Assembly: GCF_900106675.1 (NCBI RefSeq)
Contig: NZ_FNOB01000025.1
Location: 14,645 to 46,644 of the forward strand
DNA length: 32,000 nucleotides
From: Allgaiera indica
Lineage (GTDB): Bacteria; Pseudomonadota; Alphaproteobacteria; Rhodobacterales; Rhodobacteraceae
Reading direction: 5' to 3'
Part shown: positions 1-9,300 of the stretch, in pieces
Position numbering within the stretch: position 1 is the first letter of the stretch
Layout of the letters: each line of letters starts with the position of its first letter
Notes under the pieces: generated by a model
The model's database searches: none
Seen by the model: the letters and a program-made list of their open reading frames with translations, nothing else
What the model was told of the DNA's origin: nothing
Translations under genes and position numbers: made by a program

Positions 1-1946
1 TCACCTTCCTTGTGATCTATTCCACGGCGGTGATGGTCGGCGTGCTCAGCCATGTTCCGGGCGGCATCGGCGTCTTCGAGAGTGTGATGATCGCGGCCCT
101 TCCCGCCGAGGTCAGCGTCGAACAGGCGGCCACCGCGCTGCTGCTGTTTCGGATGATCTATTACCTCGTGCCCTTCGGTCTGGCGATGCTGGCGATCTCG
201 GTGAACGAGGCGCGGCTGGCCTCGGGGCCGATCGCGCGTTTCCTGCACCGCCACCTGGGCGAGATGAGCGACACGATGGTTCCCGTCAGCCGCGCCATGT
301 CGGGGGTTGCCCCGGCGGCGATGGGCACCATGGTGATGGGGCTGGGCATCTGGATGATCATGATGGCGCTGATGCCCTCGGTCCGCCCGCACGAGGCCTA
401 TCCCCACGATATCCTGGCCGCCGTCATCCTGGAGGGCGGGGCGATGGCCTCGGCGGTGCTGGGGGTGCTGATGATCCTGCTGGCACAGGGGCTGATGCGG
501 CGCATCTCGGCCGCCTATTGGCTGGCCGAGGTGGCGCTGATGGCCGGCGCGGTCGCCTCGGTCGCGAACGGCATCGATATCAAGAGCGCCCTGTTGCTGC
601 TGGTCGCCGCGATGATCCTGTCACCGATGCGGGGCGAATTCTACCGCGCCGCGCGGTTGACGCAGAACTTGCTTAGCCCCAGCTGGTTCGTGCTGATCTT
701 CGCGATCCTGCTGTCGGGGGCGGCCTTTCTTTACCTGATGGACCGCAACGAGCCCTATTCGCATGAAATCCTGTTGCGGTTCGCGACCGATGCGAATGCG
801 CCGCGGGCGCTTCGGGCGGGGCTGGCCGCGACCGCGTTGATGACCTTCGCGCTGATCTATCTGGCGATGCAGCCGCCCCGGGCGCGGTCGGTAAGGCCCG
901 ATCCGGCGGCTCTGGCGCTGGCCCAACAGATCATCGCCACCCAGGACGCGCCCGAGGCCATGTTGGCATTGTCGGGCGACAAGACCTTCTTCTTCTCGGA
1001 AAACAACGACGCCTTCATCATGTATGGCGTGCAGGGCAGTTCCTGGATCGCCTTTTCCGATCCGGTCGGTGCCCGCGAGGCGGTGCGCGATCTGGCCTGG
1101 GCCTTCTTCGATGCCGCCTATGCCGCCGGCTGCCGGCCGGTGTTCTACGAGGTCTCCGAAGCCTACCTGCCGATCTGGGTCGAGATGGGCATGAGCGTGA
1201 ACAAGATCGGCGAAGAGGCGGTGGTGCTGCTGGCCGATTTTTCGCTGAGCGGGCGGAAGTTCAAGAACATGCGGTCCGCGCGCAATCAGACCTTGCGCGA
1301 CGGGGTCAGCTTCGAACTGCTGTCGCCGCCGCATTCGCCGGCCCGCCTGGCAGAGCTGAAATTCGTCTCGGACCGCTGGCTGTCGGAAAAGCGGGGCCGC
1401 GAAAAGCGGTTTTCCGTGGGCCGTTTCGACCCCGAGTATCTGCAGCGCTTCCGCATCGGTGTGGCGCGCAGATCCGGGCGGATCGTGGCCTTCGCTTCGT
1501 TGATGGAGACACCGACCAAGGCCGGGGCCGCCGTCGATCTGATGCGCTACGGCGCCGAGGCCCCCGAAGGGGTGATGGAGTTCCTCTTCGTGTCGCTGAT
1601 CGAGGCCTGCCGGGACGAGGGTTTTGCGACCTTCAGCCTGGGCATGGCGCCGCTTGCGGGGATTACCGCGAAACACGGCGCGCGGATGTGGAACCGCTTC
1701 GGCGCGGTGCTGTTCCGCTATGGCGGGGCGTTCTACAATTTCGCCGGGCTGCGCGGCTTCAAGCAGAAATTCGGCCCCGATTGGCGGCCGCGCTATTTCG
1801 CGGTGCCGGGCGCGTTGCCGCCGCTGACCGCGCTGCGCGACGTGACCTTGCTGATTTCGGGGGGCGCGCGCGGGGTGATGCGCAAGGAAAAGCGCGCCCG
1901 CGCGGCGCAGGAGCGGCCGATCACGCCGCCGCCTTCCGCGGGCTAG
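1..1946 (+). CDS. mprF: MprF-like membrane protein with C-terminal DUF2156 aminoacyltransferase-type domain (phosphatidylglycerol lysyltransferase family), 5' partial
   Basis: Open frame runs off the left edge. Hydrophobic N-terminal part includes 'LSHVPGGIGVFE'. C-terminal domain includes 'MRYGAEAPEGVMEFLFVSLIEA' and 'FYNFAGLRGFKQKFGPDWRPRYFAVPG', typical of MprF. Confidence 0.85.
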   Translation, partial: TFLVIYSTAVMVGVLSHVPGGIGVFESVMIAALPAEVSVEQAATALLLFRMIYYLVPFGLAMLAISVNEARLASGPIARFLHRHLGEMSDTMVPVSRAMSGVAPAAMGTMVMGLGIWMIMMALMPSVRPHEAYPHDILAAVILEGGAMASAVLGVLMILLAQGLMRRISAAYWLAEVALMAGAVASVANGIDIKSALLLLVAAMILSPMRGEFYRAARLTQNLLSPSWFVLIFAILLSGAAFLYLMDRNEPYSHEILLRFATDANAPRALRAGLAATALMTFALIYLAMQPPRARSVRPDPAALALAQQIIATQDAPEAMLALSGDKTFFFSENNDAFIMYGVQGSSWIAFSDPVGAREAVRDLAWAFFDAAYAAGCRPVFYEVSEAYLPIWVEMGMSVNKIGEEAVVLLADFSLSGRKFKNMRSARNQTLRDGVSFELLSPPHSPARLAELKFVSDRWLSEKRGREKRFSVGRFDPEYLQRFRIGVARRSGRIVAFASLMETPTKAGAAVDLMRYGAEAPEGVMEFLFVSLIEACRDEGFATFSLGMAPLAGITAKHGARMWNRFGAVLFRYGGAFYNFAGLRGFKQKFGPDWRPRYFAVPGALPPLTALRDVTLLISGGARGVMRKEKRARAAQERPITPPPSAG

Positions 1947-2084
1947 ATCGTGTCGCAATCGCCGCGCCGGGGGCGGCCGTCGGCGTGCATCGGCGGGCAG
2001 GGGCCGAACGCGCGGCCTCGGGGTTGGACCCGGCGCGCCCGTGGTTCGTGCCGGGCTGCGCGGCGTGGCGCGGCAGATCGGCCG

Positions 2085-2642
2085 CTATTTCAACAGGTCC
2101 GCAGTCCGGCCGTAGGCACTGGCAAAGCCCTTCAGCGGCGCATCCACGCGGAATGGCCTGCCGTCGCCCGCGGTGGCCTCGATCCGCAGCTTGGCGCCAT
2201 CCGAAACCGCCTTGATCGCCGCGGCCGACAGGTCGAGCGGCACCAGGCAGCCGGCCGGAATGCAGGTCGAAAACCACCGCGGTTTGCCGATGGGCCTGTC
2301 CTTCACCGACAACTGGATCGGTTTGGTCACCGACAGGCCGAAGGGCATCACGATCACCCCGCGGGCGCCGCCCTGGGCCAGCGGGACAAGGCTGATCTCC
2401 AGCGCCAGCCGGCGGGTCTTCCTGTCCGATTGCTGCTGCGACATTGCGCAGGCGGTCGTTTGCGCGCCGTCCTTGGCGGTGACGCGGCAGCGCACCGTCC
2501 AGTCGCCATGAACCTCGTTAAGCGAACTGGCGCCTCCCGGCAGCGCGCGGCTTTGCGCGGGTGCCGTCGTGGCCAGGGCGCAAAGCGCCGCCGCGATGGT
2601 CGCGCCCGCGAAAAGGCCCCGGCCGGATCCTGGCTTTCTCAT
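2085..2642 (-). CDS. Invasion-associated locus B (IalB) family secreted protein
   Basis: Signal peptide-like N-terminus, then 'VHGDWTVRCRV', 'MPFGLSVTKPIQLSVKD' and 'CIPAGCLVPLDL'. The ORF extends to 2672, but the ATG at 2642 is preceded by AGGAAG. Confidence 0.75.
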   Translation of the reverse strand: MRKPGSGRGLFAGATIAAALCALATTAPAQSRALPGGASSLNEVHGDWTVRCRVTAKDGAQTTACAMSQQQSDRKTRRLALEISLVPLAQGGARGVIVMPFGLSVTKPIQLSVKDRPIGKPRWFSTCIPAGCLVPLDLSAAAIKAVSDGAKLRIEATAGDGRPFRVDAPLKGFASAYGRTADLLK

Positions 2643-2721
2643 GTCTTCCTTCCTGCTTATGCCCTGCCTCACGGGGGCGCCCGGGCAGGCACCCCGTCGG
2701 AGTGCGGGCGGGCATGGTCGA

Positions 2722-4107
2722 TCAGGCCACCAGACCTTCGGCGCGGGCCCAGTCCGCCGCGCGGTCGATCGCGATGCCCATCAGGCGCACGATCTCGTCC
2801 ACGTCGTGTTCGGTCACGATCAGGGGTGGGCAGACGGCGATGGAATCGCCCAGGTTGCGGAAGATCACCCCTTCCTCATGGCCGTATTCGAACACCTTGC
2901 CGCCGACCTTGCCGACCGGGTCGAAGGGTCGCTTCGTCGCCTTGTCGGCCACCAGTTCGACCGCCGCGATCAGCCCGGTGCCGCGCACCTCGCCCACCAG
3001 CGGGTGATCGGCAAGCTTCGCAAGGCCCGCCTGCAGCCGTTCGCCCATCTTCGCGGCGTTCTCCATCAGCCCCTGTTCCTCGATGATCGCCAGGTTTTCC
3101 AACCCCACGGCACAGGCCACCGGATGGCCCGAGGCGGTGAAGCCATGGCCGAAACCGCCCAGCTTGTGGGTATTGTCGGCGATGACGTTGTAGATATCTT
3201 CCGAGAAGACGATCGCCGCCAGCGGCATGTAGGATGAGGTCAGCTGTTTCGAGGTCACCAGGATGTCGGGGGTGAAGCCCATCTTTTCGCAGCCCCAGCG
3301 CGCGCCGGTGCGGCCGAAGCCGTTAATCACCTCGTCCGAGACCAGCAGGATATCGTATTTGCGGCACAGCGCCTCGATCCCCTGCCAATAGCCCTCGGGC
3401 GGGACCATGACGCCGCCGGCGCCCATCACCGGCTCGCCGATGAAGGCGGCGATGGTTTCGGGGCCCTCGGCCAGGATCGTGTCCTCGGCCTCCTTCAGAA
3501 GCCGTGCGCAGAACTGCGCCTCGGTCTCGCCCTCCTGTCCGAAACGGTAGAGATGCGGGCAGGTGAGGTGCACCACCGGGATCGCCGGCAGGTCGAAATC
3601 GCGGTGGTTGCCGGGCAGGCCCGTCAGGCTGCCCGACGCTATGGTGATGCCGTGATAGGCCTTGTTGCGGGCCAGGAACTTCTTCTTCTGCGGCCGGCCG
3701 AGGGCGTTGTTCATGTACCACACCAGCTTGATCACCGTGTCGTTCGCCTCGGACCCCGAGGAGGTGTAGAACACCCGTGTCAGGTTCTCGGGCGTCATCT
3801 CGACCAGCTTTTCGGCCAGCCGGACCGACGGCTCGTGCGATTTCGAGGCGAAGGTATGGTAATAGGGCAGCTTTTCCATCTGCGCCGCGGCGGCGTCGCG
3901 CAGGCGGGTCTGCGAAAAGCCCACCGCGACCGACCACAGCCCCGACATCGCCTCGATATAGCGCTTGCCGGACTGGTCGATGACATGGACGCCATCGCCC
4001 TTCTCGATCACCAGCGGCCCCTTTTGCTCATGCATGCGGGCATCCGTGTAGGGGTGCAGTATCGTGGTGATATCGGCATGGGCGACGGAATTCGACAGCT
4101 CGTTCAT
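2722..4107 (-). CDS. Class III PLP-dependent aminotransferase (omega-amino acid / pyruvate aminotransferase type)
   Basis: 'FYTSSGSEANDTVIKLVWYMNNALG', 'KVIARNKAYHG'-like segment, 'DILLVSDEVINGFGRTG', 'ILVTSKQLTSSYMPLAA' and 'GLIAAVELV'. The ATG at 4107 (MNELSN) is chosen over the longer ORF start. Confidence 0.88.
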   Translation of the reverse strand: MNELSNSVAHADITTILHPYTDARMHEQKGPLVIEKGDGVHVIDQSGKRYIEAMSGLWSVAVGFSQTRLRDAAAAQMEKLPYYHTFASKSHEPSVRLAEKLVEMTPENLTRVFYTSSGSEANDTVIKLVWYMNNALGRPQKKKFLARNKAYHGITIASGSLTGLPGNHRDFDLPAIPVVHLTCPHLYRFGQEGETEAQFCARLLKEAEDTILAEGPETIAAFIGEPVMGAGGVMVPPEGYWQGIEALCRKYDILLVSDEVINGFGRTGARWGCEKMGFTPDILVTSKQLTSSYMPLAAIVFSEDIYNVIADNTHKLGGFGHGFTASGHPVACAVGLENLAIIEEQGLMENAAKMGERLQAGLAKLADHPLVGEVRGTGLIAAVELVADKATKRPFDPVGKVGGKVFEYGHEEGVIFRNLGDSIAVCPPLIVTEHDVDEIVRLMGIAIDRAADWARAEGLVA

Positions 4108-4417
4108 GGCGTCCTCCTTGGCAAGCGGCTCGGCCGAGTCGCGGCCGATTGCCTCAGGTGTCGCGCATCGCGGCGCAAAGGGCCAGCGGAACTTCCCCGG
4201 TGCCTGGGGTGCGGGGGCCGCCTGCACAAGGCCTGTGCGGGAGGCGGCGGCCAAATCGGGCCAGGCGCCGGATCGCGGGCGCGGGATGGCCTGCCTGAGC
4301 AGTCGCGGGGGCTTCGTTTCCGGCTACCGGATCGACGCAGAGCCGGATCCCGCGTAGCCTTATCCCGGGCGCCGGGCCGGATCTTCCGCCTGCGCGGGTT
4401 AACGGAAAGGGGCGTTC

Positions 4418-5566
4418 TTGGCAGCAAGGACAGAAAAGAGCTGGCGCGTCGGGGTGCTGTTTTCACGAAGCGGCACCACCCATGTGACCGAGAGCGACCA
4501 TATCCGCGGCACCGAGCTTGCCATGGAACAGATCAACGCGTCGGGCGGCGTGCTGGGCCTTCCGCTCCGCCCTGTCAGCTACGATCCCGCGGCCGATGCC
4601 GCGCAATACCGGGCGCTTGCGCGGCGGATGCTGGGCGAGGACGAGATCGACGTCATCTTCGGCTGTTCGACCTCGGCCAGCCGCAAGGCAGTGTTGCCGA
4701 TCGTCGAGCGCCACAACGGCCTTCTGTTCTATCCCTCGATGTACGAGGGTTTCGAATATTGCGAGAATATCCTCTATGCCGGGGCCACGCTGAACCAGAC
4801 CTGCCTGCCGCTGGCTGAATATCTGCTGGCCCATCACGGCCGGCGGATCTTCTTCGTGGGCTCTGATTACATCTACCCCCGGGAATCGAACCGGGTGATG
4901 CGCGACCTGATCGAGGCCAAGGGCGGGGAAGCGGTCGGGGAAGTTTATCTGCCGCTGGGCAGCACCGGCACGGCGGTGGCCGAGGTGGTCGACCAGATCC
5001 GCCTGGCGCGCCCGGACGCGGTGTTTTCCACCGTCGTCGGCACCTCGGCCCATGCGTTCTACCGGCTCTATGACGAGGCCGGCATCGACCGGGCGGCGCA
5101 GCCGGTCGCCAGCCTGACCATGGCCGAAAGCGAGATCGCCCACATCGGGCCGCGGCATTGCAGCGGCCATATCCTGGCCGCGACCTATCTGCAGACCCTC
5201 GACAGCCCCGAAAACCACCGCTTCGTCGCGGCCTACAAGGCGCGTTTCGGAGACGACGCGCGCGCTTCCGTCTGGTCCGAGGCCGCCTATGTCCAGGTGC
5301 ATCTGTTCGCCCGGGCGCTGGCCCGGGCCGGCAGCATGGATCCGGCGCGCATCGGCCGGGCGCTGCTGGGCGACGAGATGCAGACCCCCGAAGGCGCGAT
5401 CCGTGTCGATCCCGACACCCGCCATCTGTGGCTGACACCGCGCATCGGCGTGGCGCGCGCCGACGGGCTGTTCGAACTGGTCTGGCAGGGCGGCGGCCCC
5501 ACGCGCCCCGATCCCTACCTTGCCACCACCCGGTTCGAGGAGGCGTCGCTGGAGGAATGGGCATGA
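4418..5566 (+). CDS. amiC: AmiC/UrtA-like ligand-binding sensor protein with no signal peptide (amide-responsive negative regulator type)
   Basis: Starts directly with 'WRVGVLFSRSGTTHVTESDHIRGTELAMEQINASGGVLG', with no secretion signal. Also 'NGLLFYPSMYEGFEYCENILYAGATLNQ'. Stop overlaps the start of the ANTAR regulator (ATGA). Confidence 0.82.
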   Translation: MAARTEKSWRVGVLFSRSGTTHVTESDHIRGTELAMEQINASGGVLGLPLRPVSYDPAADAAQYRALARRMLGEDEIDVIFGCSTSASRKAVLPIVERHNGLLFYPSMYEGFEYCENILYAGATLNQTCLPLAEYLLAHHGRRIFFVGSDYIYPRESNRVMRDLIEAKGGEAVGEVYLPLGSTGTAVAEVVDQIRLARPDAVFSTVVGTSAHAFYRLYDEAGIDRAAQPVASLTMAESEIAHIGPRHCSGHILAATYLQTLDSPENHRFVAAYKARFGDDARASVWSEAAYVQVHLFARALARAGSMDPARIGRALLGDEMQTPEGAIRVDPDTRHLWLTPRIGVARADGLFELVWQGGGPTRPDPYLATTRFEEASLEEWA

Positions 5567-6195
5567 AGGGCGCGCGGCGGATCATGGAGGAGTTGCGGCG
5601 CGCGCGTGTCCTGATCCTGCTTCCCCAGGACGAGGACGGCAAGCTGCTGCGCGATCATCTGCGGCGCCTGGGCTGCGAGGTGCAGGCCGCCTGGCCGATC
5701 CCGCGCGACCTGCCCGAGGATATCGACACGGTGTTCATCAGCGTCAACGACGCCCCCGTGGACGAGATCCTGGCGATGATCGGCGAACGCGACGTGGCGC
5801 TGATCGCCATCGTCACCTACGAAAGCCCGACCACCCTGAAGGCGATCTACGACCTGAACGCCCATGGCGTGATGAGCAAACCCCTGCGCCCCCTGGGCAT
5901 CCTGACCCAATTCACCCTGGCGCTCTACCGTCATCGCTATGAGGCGCAGCTAAGTGTCAAGGTCCGCAAGCTTGAGGAAACGCTGAAGGGCCGCCGGCTG
6001 GTCGACCGCGCGATCCGCCTGTTGATCGAGGTCCAGGGCATGGAAGAGGACACCGCCTATCGCCTGCTGCGCGATCAGGCCACGGCCGAGCGGGTGACGC
6101 TAAGCTCGATCGCGGAAGAGATCGTCGCCGCCCACGACACCATGGCGCGGCTTGGGCTGGGGGCCAGGGGCGTTTCCAAACCGCCGCAAAAATAA
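5563..6195 (+). CDS. amiR: AmiR/NasR-type ANTAR-domain transcription antitermination regulator
   Basis: N-terminal pseudo-receiver 'RVLILLPQDEDGKLLRDHLRRLGCEVQAAWP'. C-terminal ANTAR helices 'LEETLKGRRLVDRAIRLLIEVQGMEEDTAYRLLRDQATAERVTLSSIAEEIV'. ATGA overlap with the upstream AmiC-like gene. Confidence 0.88.
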   Translation: MKGARRIMEELRRARVLILLPQDEDGKLLRDHLRRLGCEVQAAWPIPRDLPEDIDTVFISVNDAPVDEILAMIGERDVALIAIVTYESPTTLKAIYDLNAHGVMSKPLRPLGILTQFTLALYRHRYEAQLSVKVRKLEETLKGRRLVDRAIRLLIEVQGMEEDTAYRLLRDQATAERVTLSSIAEEIVAAHDTMARLGLGARGVSKPPQK

Positions 6196-6268
6196 CGCCG
6201 TTTTCCGGCGCGGCGCCGAAATCTTCAACTTGATCGGTGTTCCAACCTGTGCCAGCCTCAGGGCTCAA

Positions 6269-6326
6269 GAGCAGGATTGCTCGACGGCAGGGTTGCCGTC
6301 TCACATTCAGGCTATGTAGCCCCTGA
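6269..6326 (+). promoter_or_regulatory. Candidate ANTAR-responsive leader RNA: two adjacent hexaloop hairpins followed by a candidate antiterminator hairpin
   Basis: GAGC-AGGATT-GCTC (6269-6282) and GACGGC-AGGGTT-GCCGTC (6283-6300). Then TCA-GGCT-ATGT-AGCC-CC-TGA (6307-6326), which uses the 5' strand of the terminator stem. Confidence 0.65.
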
Positions 6327-6357
6327 TCCGCGGTCGCGACCGCGTCAGGGGCTTTTT
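6318..6357 (+). terminator. Intrinsic terminator between amiR and the nitrilase-family gene (candidate attenuator)
   Basis: AGCCCCTGA (6318-6326) pairs with TCAGGGGCT (6345-6353), plus inner stem CGCGGTC (6329-6335) / GACCGCG (6338-6344), followed by TTTTT. Confidence 0.88.
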
Positions 6358-6373
6358 GCATTTCGAGGGGCCC

Positions 6374-7207
6374 ATGGCAGATCGCGCCGACGTAACACTT
6401 GCCTGCATCCAGTTCGAACCGATCATCGGGGAACCGGATCACAACCTTGCCCGGATGGAGGCCCATATCCGCGAGGCCCATGCCCGCGGCGCCGATCTGG
6501 TGGTGCTGCCGGAACTGGCCGACAGCGGCTATGTCTTCGAGACGATGGAAGAGACCGCGCGGCTGGCGCGCCCGATCCCGGGCGGCGCCAGCGCGGCGCG
6601 GCTTTGCGCCCTGGCGGCCGAACTGGGCCTGCATATCGTCTCGGGCCTGGCCGAGGAGGCGGGCGGCGATTTCTACAATTCCGCGCTGCTTTGCGGCCCC
6701 GACGGGCCGATCGGCACCTACCGCAAGCTGCATCTGTGGAACCGCGAGAACCTGTTCTTCAAGCCCGGCAACCTGGGGCTGCCGGTCTTCGACACGCCGC
6801 TGGGCCGGATCGGCATGGCGATCTGCTATGACGGCTGGTTCCCCGAAACCTTCCGCGCGCTGGCGGCCGCGGGGGCCGAGATCGTCTGCATCCCGACCAA
6901 TTGGGTGCCGATGCCCGAACAGGACCCCGAGGCCGAGGCGATGGCCAACGTTCTGCACAAGGCCGCGGCCCATTCGAACGGCTTCTACATCGCCTGCGCC
7001 GACCGGGTCGGCACCGAGCGCGGCCAGCCCTTCATCGGCCAAAGCCTGATCCTGGATGCCACCGGCTGGCCCCTGGCGGGCCCCGCCAGCCGCAGCGCGC
7101 CCGAGATCCTGATCGCCACCGTGACGCCGGGCGCCCTGCGCGCCAAGCGGCAGCTTAATGAATTCAATAACATCCTCGGCGATCGCCGGACGGATGTTTA
7201 CGGCTGA
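6374..7207 (+). CDS. Carbon-nitrogen hydrolase (nitrilase/amidase superfamily)
   Basis: Glu-Lys-Cys catalytic motifs: 'VVLPELADSGY', 'YRKLHLWNRE', 'MAICYDGWFPE'. Also 'NNILGDRRTDVYG' at the C-terminus. Confidence 0.9.
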   Translation: MADRADVTLACIQFEPIIGEPDHNLARMEAHIREAHARGADLVVLPELADSGYVFETMEETARLARPIPGGASAARLCALAAELGLHIVSGLAEEAGGDFYNSALLCGPDGPIGTYRKLHLWNRENLFFKPGNLGLPVFDTPLGRIGMAICYDGWFPETFRALAAAGAEIVCIPTNWVPMPEQDPEAEAMANVLHKAAAHSNGFYIACADRVGTERGQPFIGQSLILDATGWPLAGPASRSAPEILIATVTPGALRAKRQLNEFNNILGDRRTDVYG

Positions 7208-7265
7208 GGGGTTTTCCTCGGCACTCTCCAACCCGCAACAAAAACTCAAGACAGGGAAGACGCAG

Positions 7266-8414
7266 ATGAAACGCAGACTAGTTATCGCAGCACTCGCCGG
7301 CAGCCTTCTGGCCGCCCCGGCCTTCGCCAAGGATCCGATCCTGATCGGCGTGCCGGTCGGGCTGTCTGGGGCCAATTCGGTCGTCGCGCCTTCGGTGGTG
7401 CAGGCGGCGGAACTGGCGGTCGACGAGATCAACGCCAAGGGCGGGGTGCTGGGCCGGCCGCTGAAGCTGGTGGTGGCCGATGACGCCTCGGGCGCGGTGG
7501 GCGCGCAGAAGGCGTTCGATTCGCTGGTGTTCCAGAAGAACGTGAACGTGCTGATCTCGATGGAAACCAGCGCCGCGCGCAACGCCGGCCTGCCGATCGT
7601 GGCGAAGGGCAAGATCCCCTATATCTACACCTCGTTCTACGAGGGCCATTCGTGCAGCCCCTACCTTTACGTCGATGCCTGGGTGCCCGAGCAGCAGGTG
7701 CCGCCGGTGGTGGACTACCTCAAGGGCAAGGGTGCCAAGACCTATTTCCTGATCGGCAGCGATTACGCCTTCGGGCGCGGCATGCTGGGCTTCGCGCGCA
7801 AGTATATCGACAAGACCGGCGGCAAGGTGGTGGGCGAGGAATACCTGCCGATGGACGGCACCGACTGGACGCCGATCATCTCGAAGCTGAAGGCCTTGGG
7901 GGCGGATGCGCTGATCACCTCGACCGCCGGCGGCGCGCCGAACGTCACGCTGACCAAGCAGCTGCGCAGTTCGGGCGTGACCATCCCCTACGCCAACCTT
8001 GCCGTCGATGAGGGCACTGCCAAGAGCATGGGCAAGGATGCCGCGGGGATCCTGATCTCGGCCTCCTACATCACCGGGATCGACAGCAAGGCCAACAAGG
8101 ATTTCATGGCCGCGCTGAAGAAGAAGTTCGGCGACAAGGCGCGCACACCGAACGATCTGTCGGTGCCGGAATATGAGGGTATCTATCTTTATGCCAAGGC
8201 CGTCGAGAAGGCCGGCACCACCGATACGCGTCCGGTGTTGAAGGCGCTGGGCGAGGTGTCGTTCACCGGGCCGCGCGGCACCATCCGGATGAACAAGCAG
8301 CATCACGCGCCGCTGACCATGTATCTGGGTCAGGTGCAGGACGATGGCTCTGTCAAGGTGGTGAAGTCGTTCAAGGACGTCGACCCCGGCAATCAGTGCC
8401 CGAACCTGAAGTAA
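7266..8414 (+). CDS. Periplasmic substrate-binding protein of Liv/urea/amide-type ABC transporter
   Basis: Signal peptide 'MKRRLVIAALAGSLLAAPAFA', then 'DPILIGVPVGLSGANSVVAPSVVQAAELAVDEINAKGGVLGRPLKLVVADDAS'. Confidence 0.9.
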   Translation: MKRRLVIAALAGSLLAAPAFAKDPILIGVPVGLSGANSVVAPSVVQAAELAVDEINAKGGVLGRPLKLVVADDASGAVGAQKAFDSLVFQKNVNVLISMETSAARNAGLPIVAKGKIPYIYTSFYEGHSCSPYLYVDAWVPEQQVPPVVDYLKGKGAKTYFLIGSDYAFGRGMLGFARKYIDKTGGKVVGEEYLPMDGTDWTPIISKLKALGADALITSTAGGAPNVTLTKQLRSSGVTIPYANLAVDEGTAKSMGKDAAGILISASYITGIDSKANKDFMAALKKKFGDKARTPNDLSVPEYEGIYLYAKAVEKAGTTDTRPVLKALGEVSFTGPRGTIRMNKQHHAPLTMYLGQVQDDGSVKVVKSFKDVDPGNQCPNLK

Positions 8415-8466
8415 GCGCGGGGCGGGGTCGCCCGGCGGCCCCGTCCTTCAATACAGGAGACGGCGC

Positions 8467-9300
8467 ATGACGCTTGTCCTCGACATCATCACGACCGCGG
8501 CCATCCTGTTCATCATCGCGACCGGGTTGCTGACCATTTTCGGCGTGCTGAAGATCATCAATTTCGCCCATGGCGCCTGGCTGACGGTGGGGGCCTATTG
8601 TGCCGTCGCGGTTGGCGATCTGGGCTGGAACCCCTGGTTGGCGCTGCCGGTGGCCTTCGTCACCGGCGCGGCGCTGGGCGGACTGACCGAGCGGTTCATC
8701 GTGCGTCCGCTCTATGCCCGGCCGCTGGACGCGATCCTTGCGACCTGGGGTCTGGGGATCATCATCGGCCAGCTCATCACGCTGGGGTTCGGGCGCGACG
8801 TGCAGTTCACCGCGGCACTGCTGCCCGGCACCGCCGATATCCTGGGCACCTCCTATTCGATCTACCGGCTGTTCGCCCTGGCTGCGGCGATCGCGATCGG
8901 GCTGGGCTTTTCGTGGCTGATGGAGGGCACGCGGCTGGGCCTTTCCGCGCGAGCGGTGATCATGAACGAGGCGCTGGCGCGGGCACTGGGCCTTGATACC
9001 CGGCGCATTCGCTGGGTGACCTTCATGATCGGCTGTGGGCTGGCGGCGCTGGCGGGCACGCTGCTGACGCCGCTGACCAGCGTCGATCCCAACATGGGCG
9101 TGGCCTGGCTGGTGGGATCCTTCATGCTGGTCATGGTGGCGGGGCAAAGCTTTGCCGCGCTGGCCCTGGCCTGCCTGCTGCTGGGCGGCGCGCAGGTGAT
9201 CGTGTCGACCTATGTCAGCCCGATCCTGGGGGGGATCACGGTGGCCGTGCTGGCCGCTATCGTGTTGCGCATTTCGCCGAAAGGGTTTTCCCGTGTCTGA
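8467..9300 (+). CDS. Branched-chain amino acid/amide ABC transporter permease, LivH type
   Basis: 'TIFGVLKIINFAHGAWLTVGAY' and 'GGLTERFIVRPLYARPLDAILATWGLGIIIGQ'. Confidence 0.9.
   Translation: MTLVLDIITTAAILFIIATGLLTIFGVLKIINFAHGAWLTVGAYCAVAVGDLGWNPWLALPVAFVTGAALGGLTERFIVRPLYARPLDAILATWGLGIIIGQLITLGFGRDVQFTAALLPGTADILGTSYSIYRLFALAAAIAIGLGFSWLMEGTRLGLSARAVIMNEALARALGLDTRRIRWVTFMIGCGLAALAGTLLTPLTSVDPNMGVAWLVGSFMLVMVAGQSFAALALACLLLGGAQVIVSTYVSPILGGITVAVLAAIVLRISPKGFSRV

Noticed and set aside
621-1958. 445-codon ORF antisense to the mprF-like gene
   Set aside because: Overlapped fully by a strong MprF-like reading frame. Composition typical of antisense GC-bias ORFs.
4255-4417. Search for a sigma-54 promoter or second attenuator before the AmiC-like gene
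   Set aside because: No convincing TGGCAC-N5-TTGC match and no hexaloop/terminator combination found by eye.
5957-7612. 551-codon ORF on the minus strand
   Set aside because: Antisense to the nitrilase-family gene and ABC binding protein and crosses the terminator. No domain signature.
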